From contig CAWBMV010000015.1 of the NCBI GenBank assembly GCA_963789955.1, forward strand, positions 64,001-128,000: a DNA stretch of 64,000 nt, given 5' to 3'. Shown piece after piece: positions 1-10,008 of this stretch. The translations under genes and the position numbers were made by a program. The notes beneath the pieces are model-generated. The model did no database searches. It was given only the letters and a program-made list of their open reading frames with translations, and was not told where the DNA came from. Numbering within the stretch: the stretch's first letter is position 1; each line of letters opens with the position of its first letter. The DNA is from an uncultured Candidatus Rokubacteria bacterium (GTDB lineage: Bacteria; Methylomirabilota; Methylomirabilia; Rokubacteriales; CSP1-6).

Positions 1-287
1 CGGTCGACGCCATCTTCCACGCGCCCAGCACCCGTACACGCAGGCGCTGCTGCGCTCGATCCCGCGGCTTCACGCGCGCGTCGCGCACCGAGCTGCCGGC
101 CGATCGCGGGCTCGGTGCCGCATCCGTACCAGCGGCCGGCCGGCTGCCCGTTCCACCCGCGCTGCCCGAGGCGATCCGGGGCGTGTGCGAGCGGCACGAG
201 CCCGAGCTCTCCGCCCGTGGCGACCGACGGACCAGGCCGTGAGCTGCTTCTCTCGCCGGATGCAGCGCGCCGTGTCGAGATCGATGA
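1..287 (+). CDS. Dpp/Opp-family ABC transporter ATP-binding subunit, C-terminal fragment (oligo_HPY region)
   Basis: Translates as VDAIFHAP..HPYTQALLRSIPR..VPHPYQRPAGCPFHPRCP, typical of the DppD C-terminus; runs off the left edge and contains indels. Confidence 0.8.
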
Positions 288-1315
288 CCCGCCGCGCATC
301 GCGGCGGCGCCGCTGCTCGAGGTTCGAGGACCTGCCGCAAGCACTTCCCGATCCGCGGGGCCTGCTTCGCGCGAGGTCGGGCAGGTCGAGGCGGTCGACG
401 GCGTGACCTTCACATCGACGCGGCGAGACGCTCGGCGCTGGTCGGCGAGAGCGGCTGCGGCAAGACGACGACGGCCGCTGCATCATGCGCGCGATCGAGC
501 CGACGGCCGGGCAGATCATCTTCCGGCGCGGCGACGGCTCGCCGTCGACGTGGCCGCCTTGCCGGCCCGGCGCAGGTCCGCACTGCGCCGCGACATGCAG
601 ATGATCTTCCAGGATCCGTACTCGTCGCTCAACCCGCGCATGACGCTGCTCGACATCGTCGGCGAGCCGCTGCTGGTCAACCGGGTCGGCACCCGCGCGC
701 GAGCGGACGGAGCGGGTCGCCGAGCTGCTGCGGCTGGTCGGGCTGCGCCCCGAGTACATGCGCCGCTATCCGCACGCGTTCAGCGGCGGCCAGCGCCAGC
801 GGATCGGCATCGCGCGCGCGCTGGCGCTCAACCCGAGCTGGTCGTCGCCGACGAGCCGGTCTCGGCGCTCGACGTGTCGGTCCAGGCCCAGATCCTCAAC
901 CTGCTCGACGACCTGCAGGCGCGAGTTCGGGCTCACCTACCTCTTCGTCTCGCACGACCTCAGCGTCGTCGAGCACATCTGCGATCGCGTCGCGGTGATG
1001 TACGTCGGCAAGATCGTCGAGCTGGCGCCGACCGAGGAGCTCTTCACGCAGCCGCTGCACCCCTACACCGAGGCGCTGCTGTCGGCGGTGCCGAAGCCCG
1101 ACCCGCGCCAGCGCGCGTCGCGGATCGTGCTCGAGGGCGAGGTGGCCGACCCGGCGAACCCGCCGCCGGGCTGCGCGTTTCCACCCGCGCTGCCCGTACG
1201 CGGTCGAGCGCTGCCGGACCGAGGCGCCGGCGCTCGAGGCCGCGCCGACGGCCGCCTGGTGGCTGTCATCGGCGCGCGCGAGCTGACCCTGCGCGGAATC
1301 GGAGTGGCCGCATGA
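284..1315 (+). CDS. Dpp/Opp-family ABC transporter ATP-binding subunit (DppF-like), frameshifted
   Basis: Across frames: [76 protein letters not shown]; stop at 1313-1315. Confidence 0.88.
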
Positions 1316-1349
1316 TCCGCGGATCGGGCGACGTCTAGAGGAGAGCCAG

Positions 1350-3025
1350 GCCGAGCGTCCGCATCGCAGAAGCGACCGTCCGCGTGGACGCCGGTGCGCC
1401 GCTGGGCCCGCCCGACGAATCTGGACCAGCTTCGGCTACGACGAGATCAACTGGACGTCGACACCGATCGGCAAGCGGCACCTGCAAGACCATCGGCACC
1501 TTCGCCGAGCAGCCCTACTTCGTGCGCTCTCACTACATCTTCAACAGCGGCATCGGCTGGTCGCTGCCCCACTGGGGCGCCGGCAACGTCTATCACGAGG
1601 ACGCGGCCGGCCGGCCGTTCTACGACTTCGCCATCGCCGACCAGGTGTACGACGCGGTGGTCGCACGCCGGTCACCGGCCGCTGGTCGAGCTCGCGTTCA
1701 CGCCGCGCGCGCTCGTCCCGGACGGCGCCGAGAAGACGTTTCCGTTCGCGCCGAGCCCGACCCAGTGGAGCCCGTACGAGGCCGGGCTGTGGGCGATGCC
1801 GCCGAACGACTATCAGAAGTGGGGCGGCCTAGTGCGCGCGCTGGTCGAGCATTGCGTGGCGCGCTACGGCGCGGAGCACGTCCGCGGCTGGCTGTGGGAG
1901 CTGTGGAACGAGCCGGACATCTACGTACTGGCGCGGCACGCCCGAGCAGTTCCACGCGCTCTACGACGTGACGGCGGCCGCGGTGAAGGCCGCGCTGCCC
2001 GAGGCGGCGGTCGGCGGCCCGACGACGACCGGCGATCTCGGACCCGGCCGGCGCGGCAACGAGGTCCTGCGCGGGTTTCTCGCCCACTGCGCGCGCACCG
2101 GCGCCCCGCTCGACTTCGTGTCGTTCCACACGAAGGGCGGCCGCTTCACGCCCTGGCGCGTCTACGGGCCACTCGGCGGGCCCGCGCCCACGCGCGAGTC
2201 GCCGTCGAGCCTCAAGATGTTGCGCGAGGTTCGCGCGGCGCTCGACGCCGTCGGCGCGCCATCCGGAGTTCCGCGACCTGCCGTGCATCGTGGACGAGTG
2301 CGACGCGTCCGTGCCCGCTCACTGGGGCGTGTACGACAATTCGAACTTTGCATACCGCAACACCGAGTACTTCCCGGTCTTCCAGTGCAAGCTCATGAAG
2401 AAGCTCCTCGATCTCGACCTGCGGGGCGGCGCCCGCGTTCACCAGGCCACGCACCTGGAGCTTCTACTTCGAGGGCGAGCGCTTCTTCGAGGGCACGCGC
2501 AGCTTGTTCACGGCGCAAGGCATCGAGAAGCCGGTGCTCAACGCCTATCGGATGCTGAGCCGCCTCGGCGAGACGCGTCTGGCCGTCGAGTCGACCTCGG
2601 CGTGGCCGCTGGACCGCCTCGATGACGGCGATACGGGGATGCCGGAAGAGGTCGACGCGCTCGCCACGACCGGCCGCGATGGCGTGCGCGTGCTCGTGTG
2701 GCGCCATGCCGACGATCAATACGCCACCGACTCGCGCGCCACCGCCGTCACGGTACGAGTCGATCATCTCCCGTTCAGCGGCGGCGCCCGCGTGAGCCAC
2801 TGGCGGATCGACAGCGCGCACAGCAACAGCCACGCCGTGTGGCGCGCGCTCGGCGGTCCACAAGACCCCTCCGAGCATGACCTGCGCGCCATCCAGGAGC
2901 GTCAGGAGCTCGAGCGGCTCGAGCCCGACCAGACCGTCACGGTCCGTGATGGGGTGCTGACGTTGCGAATCGCGCTGCCGCTGCCGAGCGTGTCATTGCT
3001 CGAGATCCGCCCGGCCGCGCCATGA
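1350..3025 (+). CDS. Glycoside hydrolase family 39 (beta-xylosidase/alpha-iduronidase-like), frameshifted; start approximate
   Basis: RIWTSFGYDEINW, PFYDFAIADQVYD, acid/base motif WELWNEPD, VGGP, DFVSFHTKG, nucleophile region VDECD, C-terminal WRIDSAHSNS. Confidence 0.82.
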
Positions 3026-3187
3026 GCCGACGGCACGTGACCGAAGCCCAACGAGGCGACGCATTGACCTGGATGCATCCGCCGACTACGCTCGGTTCGT
3101 TCCGTCGGGGGCCCGATCGTCAGAGGGCGTGAAGACGCGGCCGTCACAGGGAGCCCCAGAGGGGCACGAGGGGGATTGGAGCCGACC

Positions 3188-4416
3188 ATGACCAGTGAAA
3201 ACTCCCGGGACCTCAATTGCCTCACCGGCATCCGAGTCGTCGATTTCACCCAGTTCGAGGCCGGCACGTCGTGCACCGAGGCGCTCGCCTGGCTCGGCGC
3301 CGACGTGATCAAGGTCGAGAACCCGAAGACGGGCGACCCGGGCCGCCGGCTGCGGCCGGGCAAGCCCGACGACGACCCTTCTACTTCCACATGTTCAACG
3401 CCAACAAGAAGTCCATGACGGTCAATCTGAAGTCGCCGCGCGGGCTCGAGCTCGTCAAGGAGCTGCTGAAGAAGGCGGACGTCACGGTCGAGAACATGGC
3501 GCCGGGCACGATCGATCGGCTCGGGCTCGGCTACGACGAGGTGAAGAAGCTCAACCCGCGCATCATCTTCTGCCAGATCAAGGGCTTCGGCACCGGGAGC
3601 ACGTACGAGAGCGGCCTCGCCTTCGACATGATCGCGCAGGCCGCGGGCGGCATGATCAGCGTGACCGGCGAGCCCGATCGGCCGCCGGTGAAGCCGGGCC
3701 CGAGCTTCGGCGACACCGGCACCGGCATGTTGATGGCCGTGACGATCCTCGGCGCGATCCTCGAGCGGCAGCGGACCGGCAAGGGACGGCGGCTCCAGGT
3801 CGCGATGCAGGACGCCATGCTCCACTACATGCGCACGTGCTTCGCCACCCAGGCGCGCACGGGGAAGCCGGCGCGGCGCCGTGGCGGAAAATCCGTCGCC
3901 GGCACCAACTCGCCCTCGGGGCTCTATCAATGCAAACCGCTCGGCTGCAACGACTGGATCTACATCACGACGAGCCGCGGCAATCCCGAGCACTGGGGGC
4001 GGCTGATGCGCCTGATCGGGCGAGAGGAGCTGATCGACGACCCGCGCTTCGCCACCGGCGCCGCGCGTGTCGAGCGTGAGGCCGAGGTCGACGCGATCAT
4101 CAACGAGTGGACGCGGCAGCACACGAAGGAAGAGGCGATGACCCTGATCAGCGGCGTCGGCGTACCGGCCGGCGCCGTGTTCGACACGATGGAGCTTCAG
4201 AACGATCCGAGCTTCGAGAAGCGCGGCATCATGCAGGTGATGGAGCACCCGAGCGGGCCGTTCAAGATGCCGACCTGGCCGGTGCGGGTCGACGGTGAGA
4301 CGGCGCGGATCAAACCGTCACCGCAGCTCGGGCAGCACAGCGCCGAGGTGCTGAGCGCCTGGCTCGGCGTGGGCGCGGATGAGATCGCGGCCTTGAAACG
4401 CGAGGGAGTGCTCTAG
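3188..4416 (+). CDS. CoA-transferase family III (CaiB/BaiF, formyl-CoA transferase-like); one frameshift near 3378
   Basis: [44 protein letters not shown], catalytic-Asp region FGDTGTG, P.LGQH. Confidence 0.9.
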
Positions 4417-4592
4417 CCCCTTTTCGCTGTGGGGAGCTTGTCCCACAGTGGGGCACGCTCGCCCCGGTCCGTGCACGGCGGGGCGGGCGGCGCTGTCCGT
4501 CGATGCCCGGAGCACGCTCCGGCCGGTAAACCTGTTCGTAGAGAGCGCTTTAGATCTCGTTTACTCGACCAGGGTGAGGGGTGAGCGGGGTC

Positions 4593-4608
4593 TGGCAGGG
4601 CCCTTGCT
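4593..4608 (+). promoter_or_regulatory. Putative sigma54 (-24/-12) promoter
   Basis: TGGCAGGGCCCTTGCT = GG-N10-GC with TGGCA/TTGCT flanks, ending 24 nt upstream of ATG 4633. Confidence 0.7.
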
Positions 4609-4632
4609 TTGTGGCAAGGCAAGGCCGAGGCC

Positions 4633-5357
4633 ATGCGACGACTCCTGATCCTGCTCGCGCTTGCGGTGCTGACGGAAGGGTGCTCGACCGCCCCCGTCCT
4701 CCGAAGCAGGCGTTCGACTTCAAGACCACCGCGCTCTTCAAGCTGCCGTGCGACACCCCGGAGGTGCTGGCGGCCAAGCGGGAGATCCCGGACGACGGCC
4801 TCGAGACGAACGACAACCAATGTAATACGGTCCACCTCCTGAGGATGGTCGACCGCTTCATCTCCATCCAGGAGGCCGACGTGGCCAAGGGGATTCTCGG
4901 CGACACCATCGCCGAGGTCCGGGCCAAGGGCTTCAGCATCTTCACCGACGCCGAGGAACGCAAGCGGCGTCCGAACACCAAGCCCCTCTACGGCAACGAC
5001 GCGCTGGCCGCCGTGGGCATGAGCGTGGCGCCGCCCCCCCTGCAGAAGCCCGAGGAGATCAAGGCCTACGCCGATTTCATGGCCTCCCACTACGGCGAGG
5101 AGTACTACGAGAAGGACATGAAAAAGGTGGTGGACCGCTTCTGTCTCAACCGGCGCGACTCCAACGAACTGGGCGACGACCGGACGTTCGCGATCGTGTG
5201 GCGCAGTGGCCACGTCTTCAAGCGGGTGATCAAGGGCGGGCCGATCAACAACCCGAAGCAGGAGCGCGCGTTCCTGGTCTGTCCCGGCGATTTCATCGTC
5301 GACACCCTCATCGGCATCGGCAACAAGGCCGCGACCGGCTTGATGGTCATACCCTAA
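4633..5357 (+). CDS. Hypothetical lipoprotein (frameshift near 4700)
   Basis: MRRLLILLALAVLTEG-C lipobox-like signal; continues in the 4581..5357 frame with coding-like codon usage. Confidence 0.65.
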
Positions 5358-5370
5358 TCGGCGTCCAGCA

Positions 5371-6414
5371 TCACGGCCTCGTCCACACAATCAGCTCGCG
5401 GCCGCTGATCGTGAGCGTCGTGCCGAGCTTGTCGCAGCGTCGCACGATCTGCTCGACCGCTTCCGTGTCGTGGCGCGGGTCACAGACATAGGTTTCGTTG
5501 CGCTCGTTGTGGCGCACCAGAGAGAACGCCACCTGCACGAGCGCCGAGTCGTCGAAGGTGAGACGGGCGAGCATTCCGACCCAGTCGCCGTGGGCCCGGC
5601 GGCCATGCCCCGTGTGGAACGAGAAGCTGCCGAGGCCGTAGAAAACCGGCTTGCCACGATACATCTCGACCGCGCACGCGTAGTGCGGTCCGTGGCCCAT
5701 GACGACGTCGGCGCCGGCGTCGATCGCGGCGTGGGCGATCTCCACCTGATAGTCGAGGACGTCCTCGAACAGTCCCCAGTGATGAGAGGCGACCACGATG
5801 TCGGCGCCGGCGCGCAGCGCCCGTAGATCGGTCGCGAACTCGGCGAGCGACTTGACGTCCGCCCAGGTGTGGATCGCGGGCGGAAGCCCGGGACGATTCG
5901 CGGGCGGGACCCCGGGGCGCTGCGTCTGCAGCGGCGGCTCGTACGCGGTGCGTCCCGTCAGGACGGCGACACCGGCGGAATTGTCGGTGGCCTCGTGGCC
6001 GGTGGCCCAGTAGACGGAGGTCCGTTGCACGAAGCCGAAACGCAATCCTTCGTGGGTGACGATGGCGGGAGCGCGCGCAGCCTGGCGATTCACGCCGGCT
6101 CCGGTCCACGAAATGCCAATCGCTTCGAGCTGTCTGAGCGACGACCGAATCGCCTCCTCGCCGTAGTTCACGTTGTTGGCGTTGCCGACCGCGTGAAACC
6201 CGCCAATGACGAGAGCCTGAGCTGATGCGAGCGGAGCATAGAAGCCCTCGCGTTCCGCCGAGTGCCCGGTGGCGGGCTCATGGAAGCAGCATTCCAGATT
6301 GCCGAACAGCACGTCGGCCTCGCGTAACGTGTCCCGGATGAGCGCGAACGGCACGTGAGGATCGGTGACGTTCAGGAGGTTGATGTCGCCGGTCAGCATC
6401 AGCGCTCGTTTCAT
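5371..6414 (-). CDS. CapA/PgsA-family metallophosphoesterase-like protein
   Basis: TGDIN, FGNLEC, ANNV (His of ANNH replaced), HHWG, GHGPH, FYGLGSF motifs; no signal peptide. Confidence 0.85.
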   Translation of the reverse strand: MKRALMLTGDINLLNVTDPHVPFALIRDTLREADVLFGNLECCFHEPATGHSAEREGFYAPLASAQALVIGGFHAVGNANNVNYGEEAIRSSLRQLEAIGISWTGAGVNRQAARAPAIVTHEGLRFGFVQRTSVYWATGHEATDNSAGVAVLTGRTAYEPPLQTQRPGVPPANRPGLPPAIHTWADVKSLAEFATDLRALRAGADIVVASHHWGLFEDVLDYQVEIAHAAIDAGADVVMGHGPHYACAVEMYRGKPVFYGLGSFSFHTGHGRRAHGDWVGMLARLTFDDSALVQVAFSLVRHNERNETYVCDPRHDTEAVEQIVRRCDKLGTTLTISGRELIVWTRP

Positions 6415-6449
6415 GGCTCACCCTGTATCGTCCACGCGCTCGCGCCCGC

Positions 6450-7235
6450 TCAGGGCCGGACGCCGGGCGCTTCGATCGCCATCCCCCGAGCCCGCCACAT
6501 CAGGAACAGCTCGAGCTCGACGAGCTCAGGGGCGCCGTATTCGTAGGGCTCGGCGCGGATTCCGACCAGACAGTTGCGCAGCCGTCGCTGAAGCGAGCCG
6601 AGGCTCTGCCATTCGAGCCGGTAGACCGGATAGCCGGTCGGATGCGCCTGCGGGATCGCGTTGCCGGCGAGGCGCTTGCCCCAGTTATCGTCGTGACACT
6701 GGCTGCAGGCGAGGTTGAGCTGGCCCTGCCGCCGATAGAACGCGGCGCGGCCGTTGTCGAGAAACGGCTGCACGCGACCGTCGATCGCGATGTCGATCGG
6801 CAGGCCGCGTGACTGGCGCGCCACGAACGCCGTCAGGGCGAGGAGCTCCCGGCTCTCGTAGGCGAGCGCCGGCGCCTGCTGACGCTCGGCCCGGCACAGG
6901 TTGATGCGCTGCTCGAGGTTCACGGGCCGCTTCAGCTTGGCGTCGAGCGCCGGATAGCGCGCCGCCACGCCCTTCATGCTGGCGCGCGCCTCGCCGTGGC
7001 AGTCGGCGCAGGCGCGGCCGGCGGTGCCGGCCTTGCGCGCCCACAGCCCGCCGCCCTCGAGCACCCCGAGCATTCCGGGATTGGTTGCATCATCGTCCTG
7101 CATCGCGCGCGTCTCACGGCTCATGAAGTCGTAGCCCGAGCGGCGCTCGGCCTGCGGGATCTCGCCGGGGAACGCCGTCCCGGCGAGCAGGGTCAGCGCC
7201 GTCGCGGCGAGGAGCCGGACAAAGCTCCCTCTCAA
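6450..7235 (-). CDS. soxA: SoxA diheme cytochrome c (L-cysteine S-thiosulfotransferase subunit)
   Basis: Signal peptide, MQDDDATNPGML, CADCH and CSQCH heme motifs, QRINLC, GYPVYRLEWQSLGSLQRRLRNC, APGVRP; TTG start overlaps soxZ stop. Confidence 0.92.
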   Translation of the reverse strand: MRGSFVRLLAATALTLLAGTAFPGEIPQAERRSGYDFMSRETRAMQDDDATNPGMLGVLEGGGLWARKAGTAGRACADCHGEARASMKGVAARYPALDAKLKRPVNLEQRINLCRAERQQAPALAYESRELLALTAFVARQSRGLPIDIAIDGRVQPFLDNGRAAFYRRQGQLNLACSQCHDDNWGKRLAGNAIPQAHPTGYPVYRLEWQSLGSLQRRLRNCLVGIRAEPYEYGAPELVELELFLMWRARGMAIEAPGVRP

Positions 7236-7552
7236 TCGACCGTGATCGCGGCCGACTCGGTCGCCGAGAAGCCGTTGTCGCCGGTCCACTGGAACGCGAG
7301 GGTCCCGCTCTCGGTGGCGACGGTCGAGAAGACGAAGAAGGGATTCGCGGCGATCGCCGGATGGAGCTCGGCCCGGAAGACCTCCGTGCCGTTGTAGGTG
7401 CACACGAAGAGGCGGACGATGTCGCGCGGGATCGACGTGCCGAGCTGGCTGCGGCGATACCCGGTCTCCATCGGGTGCGAGATCAGGGTCTTGATCTCGA
7501 TGACCTCACCGCGCCGGGCGCGAGGCGGCACGTTGACGAGCGCGTTGGCCAC
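7232..7552 (-). CDS. soxZ: SoxZ sulfur-carrier subunit
   Basis: ISHPMETGYRR..IPRDIV..AIAANPFFVF..FQWTGDNG. Confidence 0.92.
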   Translation of the reverse strand: MANALVNVPPRARRGEVIEIKTLISHPMETGYRRSQLGTSIPRDIVRLFVCTYNGTEVFRAELHPAIAANPFFVFSTVATESGTLAFQWTGDNGFSATESAAITVD

Positions 7553-7554
7553 GA

Positions 7555-8019
7555 CTACGCGTCCTCGAGGCAGGCGGCCAAGGTCACCACGACCGCCGCA
7601 CTCGCGGACCAGAACGAGCCGTCGCTGAGCTCGCCGATCGCGGTCACCGTCTGGGTGTTGGCGAGCCGGATGCGCGTCGACACGCGCGCCAGCCCGGCGC
7701 GCGGCCCGAAGCGGAAGCTCACGACCTCGGGCTGAGGGTTCAGCTCGGTGAACACGTGGATCGCGCGCACATGATCGGCCGGCGTCATCGGACTCTCGAC
7801 ACTGACCGTGAGCGGCACGGTGTTGCCGTTCTCGGAGAGCGGCGGCAGCTCGAGCTTCACCCGGCCCTTCGAGACGCGGGACGAGCCGACGACCTTGCGG
7901 ATGGCGTCTTGCATCGCCTCGGGGGTTGCATGCGCGGGCGCCACGGTGATGACGGCCCCGAGTCCCAGGCCGGCCGCGGCGGCTTGCAAGAATGTGCGGC
8001 GCGTCGTCTCGCGGTCCAT
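7555..8019 (-). CDS. SoxY-related carrier protein with AACLE C-terminal arm (AACIE-arm paralog)
   Basis: Tat signal TTRRTFLQ; LPPLSENGNTVPLTV, ELNPQP, STRIRLANTQTV; ends VVVTLAACLEDA rather than VTIGGCGG. Confidence 0.9.
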   Translation of the reverse strand: MDRETTRRTFLQAAAAGLGLGAVITVAPAHATPEAMQDAIRKVVGSSRVSKGRVKLELPPLSENGNTVPLTVSVESPMTPADHVRAIHVFTELNPQPEVVSFRFGPRAGLARVSTRIRLANTQTVTAIGELSDGSFWSASAAVVVTLAACLEDA

Positions 8020-8447
8020 CAGTCTTTCAACGTCGTCAAGAAGGCCACCACGTCCTCGATCTGCTCGGCGCTCAGGACGGGCTTGCCGCGCCACGCCGGC
8101 GCGACCCGCGCGAGCCCATCGGTTCGATGATACGCCGGCATGATCGTGGCCGCGTTGATTCGGCTCGAATCGACGATCCGAAGACGCAGCTGACCCTCGG
8201 ACCAGCGCTTGCCGGCACCCGCCAGATCGGGCGCGAGATTGCCCTGGAAGCGCTCCTCCGGAAACGGTCCGCTGTGGCAGAGCAGGCACAGGCCGAGCTG
8301 GCGGTTGGTGACGATCGCGCGGCCGCGCGCGGGGTCGCCCTTGGCACCGGTGAGCGACGTCGGGATCGAGTCTTGCGCCGCCGCCACCCCGCCGCTCGCC
8401 GTGGCCACCGTGCAGCAGGCGGCGACGACGGCCGCGGCGAATCTCAC
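8019..8447 (-). CDS. soxX: SoxX monoheme cytochrome c
   Basis: Signal peptide, GDPARGRAIV..GLCLLCH..GNLAPDL..TIMPAY..LSAEQIEDVVAFL; GTG start overlaps fccB stop. Confidence 0.9.
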   Translation of the reverse strand: MRFAAAVVAACCTVATASGGVAAAQDSIPTSLTGAKGDPARGRAIVTNRQLGLCLLCHSGPFPEERFQGNLAPDLAGAGKRWSEGQLRLRIVDSSRINAATIMPAYHRTDGLARVAPAWRGKPVLSAEQIEDVVAFLTTLKD

Positions 8448-9718
8448 CCGAACGCCTCGGCCGTGATCGTGTGGAACCAGGCCTCGGCGAGTATCGCCTC
8501 TGCCTTGCGCGTCTCGCGCGGCGCGTCCGACGGGCTCACGCCGCCGGAGCCGGGAACGTCGGCGAGCTGTCCGCCCGTGGGCTGGTAGACGCCGGCGACG
8601 GAAATCCCGTAGTCCGGCGCCACGAGGCTGTAGCACGTGTTGATCAGCTTGGGGCTCGGCGGCGGGCTGCCGGCGAGGAGCGTCGCCACCGCGGCGGCGC
8701 ACACCTTGGCCTGGGAGTTCGCGGCGAACGCCGACTTCGGCATCGCGCCGGCGATCGCGGCGTCGCCGATGACGTGGATGCCGGCCTGTAGCTTCGATTC
8801 GAACGTGACCGGATCGATCGGGCACCAGCCGCTGCGATCGGCGACGCCGGCGACCTCCGCGATGCGGCCCGCCTTCTGCGGCGGGATGACGTTGGCCACC
8901 TTGGCCTGGTGCTTACCGAAGTCGGTCACGAGCGTGAGTGTGGCGGCGTCGACCGAGGTGACATTGCCGCCCTTGGAGAGTGGCACCCACTCGAGCAGGC
9001 CCGGATAAAGCTCGGCCCAGGCGGCCTGGAACAGCCGCTGCTTCGAGAACGCGTCCTTCGCGTCGAGCACGAGCAGCTTCGACTTCGGCTTCTTCGTCTT
9101 CAGGTAGTGAGCGATCAGGCTCGCGCGCTCGTAGGGCCCGGGCGGACACCGGAACGGATTCGCCGGCGCCGAGATGATGACGAGCCCGCCGTCGTCCATC
9201 GCCTCGAGCTGGCGGCGCAGCAGCAGGGTCTGCTCGCCCGCGCGCCACGCGTGCGGCATCACGGCGGCCGCCGCCTCGTCGTAGCCGGGCAGCGCCCCCC
9301 ATTTGATGTCGATGCCGGGCGCCAGCACGAGCCGGTCGTACGACAGCTTCGCGCCGTCGGCGAGCGTGACCGATTTCGTCGGTGCGTCGATCGCGGTCGC
9401 GGCCGTGCGGACGATCGTGATCCCATCGGCGGCGACGCGCTCGTAGGTGAACTGTTGCGCGGAGAGCTCCCGCAGGCCGCCGATCACGGAGTTACTGAAC
9501 GGGCACGCGATGAACGTCGCGCTCGGCTCGACCAGGGTCACCACGATGCGCGGGTCGGTGTGGCGGAGCGCGCGGGCACAGCTCGCGCCGGCGAAGCCTC
9601 CGCCGACGACCACGACACGGGGCCGGCCCGCTTGAGCGCGCGCCGGAAGGGGACAGAGGGCCGCGGCGGCCGTCGCCGCGACGCCGAGCTTGAGGAACGC
9701 GCGACGGTCGGTCTTCAT
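8444..9718 (-). CDS. fccB: Flavocytochrome c sulfide dehydrogenase, flavoprotein subunit (FccB/SoxF)
   Basis: Tat signal DRRAFLK, GGGFAG FAD motif, CPFSN, FRCPPGPYERAS, MPKSAFAANSQAKVC, NTCYSLV. Confidence 0.92.
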   Translation of the reverse strand: MKTDRRAFLKLGVAATAAAALCPLPARAQAGRPRVVVVGGGFAGASCARALRHTDPRIVVTLVEPSATFIACPFSNSVIGGLRELSAQQFTYERVAADGITIVRTAATAIDAPTKSVTLADGAKLSYDRLVLAPGIDIKWGALPGYDEAAAAVMPHAWRAGEQTLLLRRQLEAMDDGGLVIISAPANPFRCPPGPYERASLIAHYLKTKKPKSKLLVLDAKDAFSKQRLFQAAWAELYPGLLEWVPLSKGGNVTSVDAATLTLVTDFGKHQAKVANVIPPQKAGRIAEVAGVADRSGWCPIDPVTFESKLQAGIHVIGDAAIAGAMPKSAFAANSQAKVCAAAVATLLAGSPPPSPKLINTCYSLVAPDYGISVAGVYQPTGGQLADVPGSGGVSPSDAPRETRKAEAILAEAWFHTITAEAFG

Positions 9719-10008
9719 TTTTGTTCGGCGTACCAGGCGGCGATCGCCTGGATCTCGTCGTCGGTGAATCCCTTGGCGATCCTGTCCATGACGGTGGCTG
9801 CGCGTTCGCCCGAGCGGAAGTCATGCATCGCTTTGACGATCTCGGCGCGATCGCGCCCGGCGAGCCGCGCCACGGGCGAGGGGCCGCGCGCCGACGAGGG
9901 ATGACAGCCCGAGCACGCCGCGGCGCCCGCCGGCGGCTCGGCCGATGCGACGGTGGCCGCCGCGATCGATACACACGCGATCACGGCGGCCACGACACTA
10001 CGCATCAC
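9715..10008 (-). CDS. Small monoheme cytochrome c (c553/FccA-like)
   Basis: Signal peptide, CSGCH, FRSGER.ATVMDRIAKGFTDDEI; 4-nt overlap with fccB. Confidence 0.88.
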   Translation of the reverse strand: MMRSVVAAVIACVSIAAATVASAEPPAGAAACSGCHPSSARGPSPVARLAGRDRAEIVKAMHDFRSGERAATVMDRIAKGFTDDEIQAIAAWYAEQK

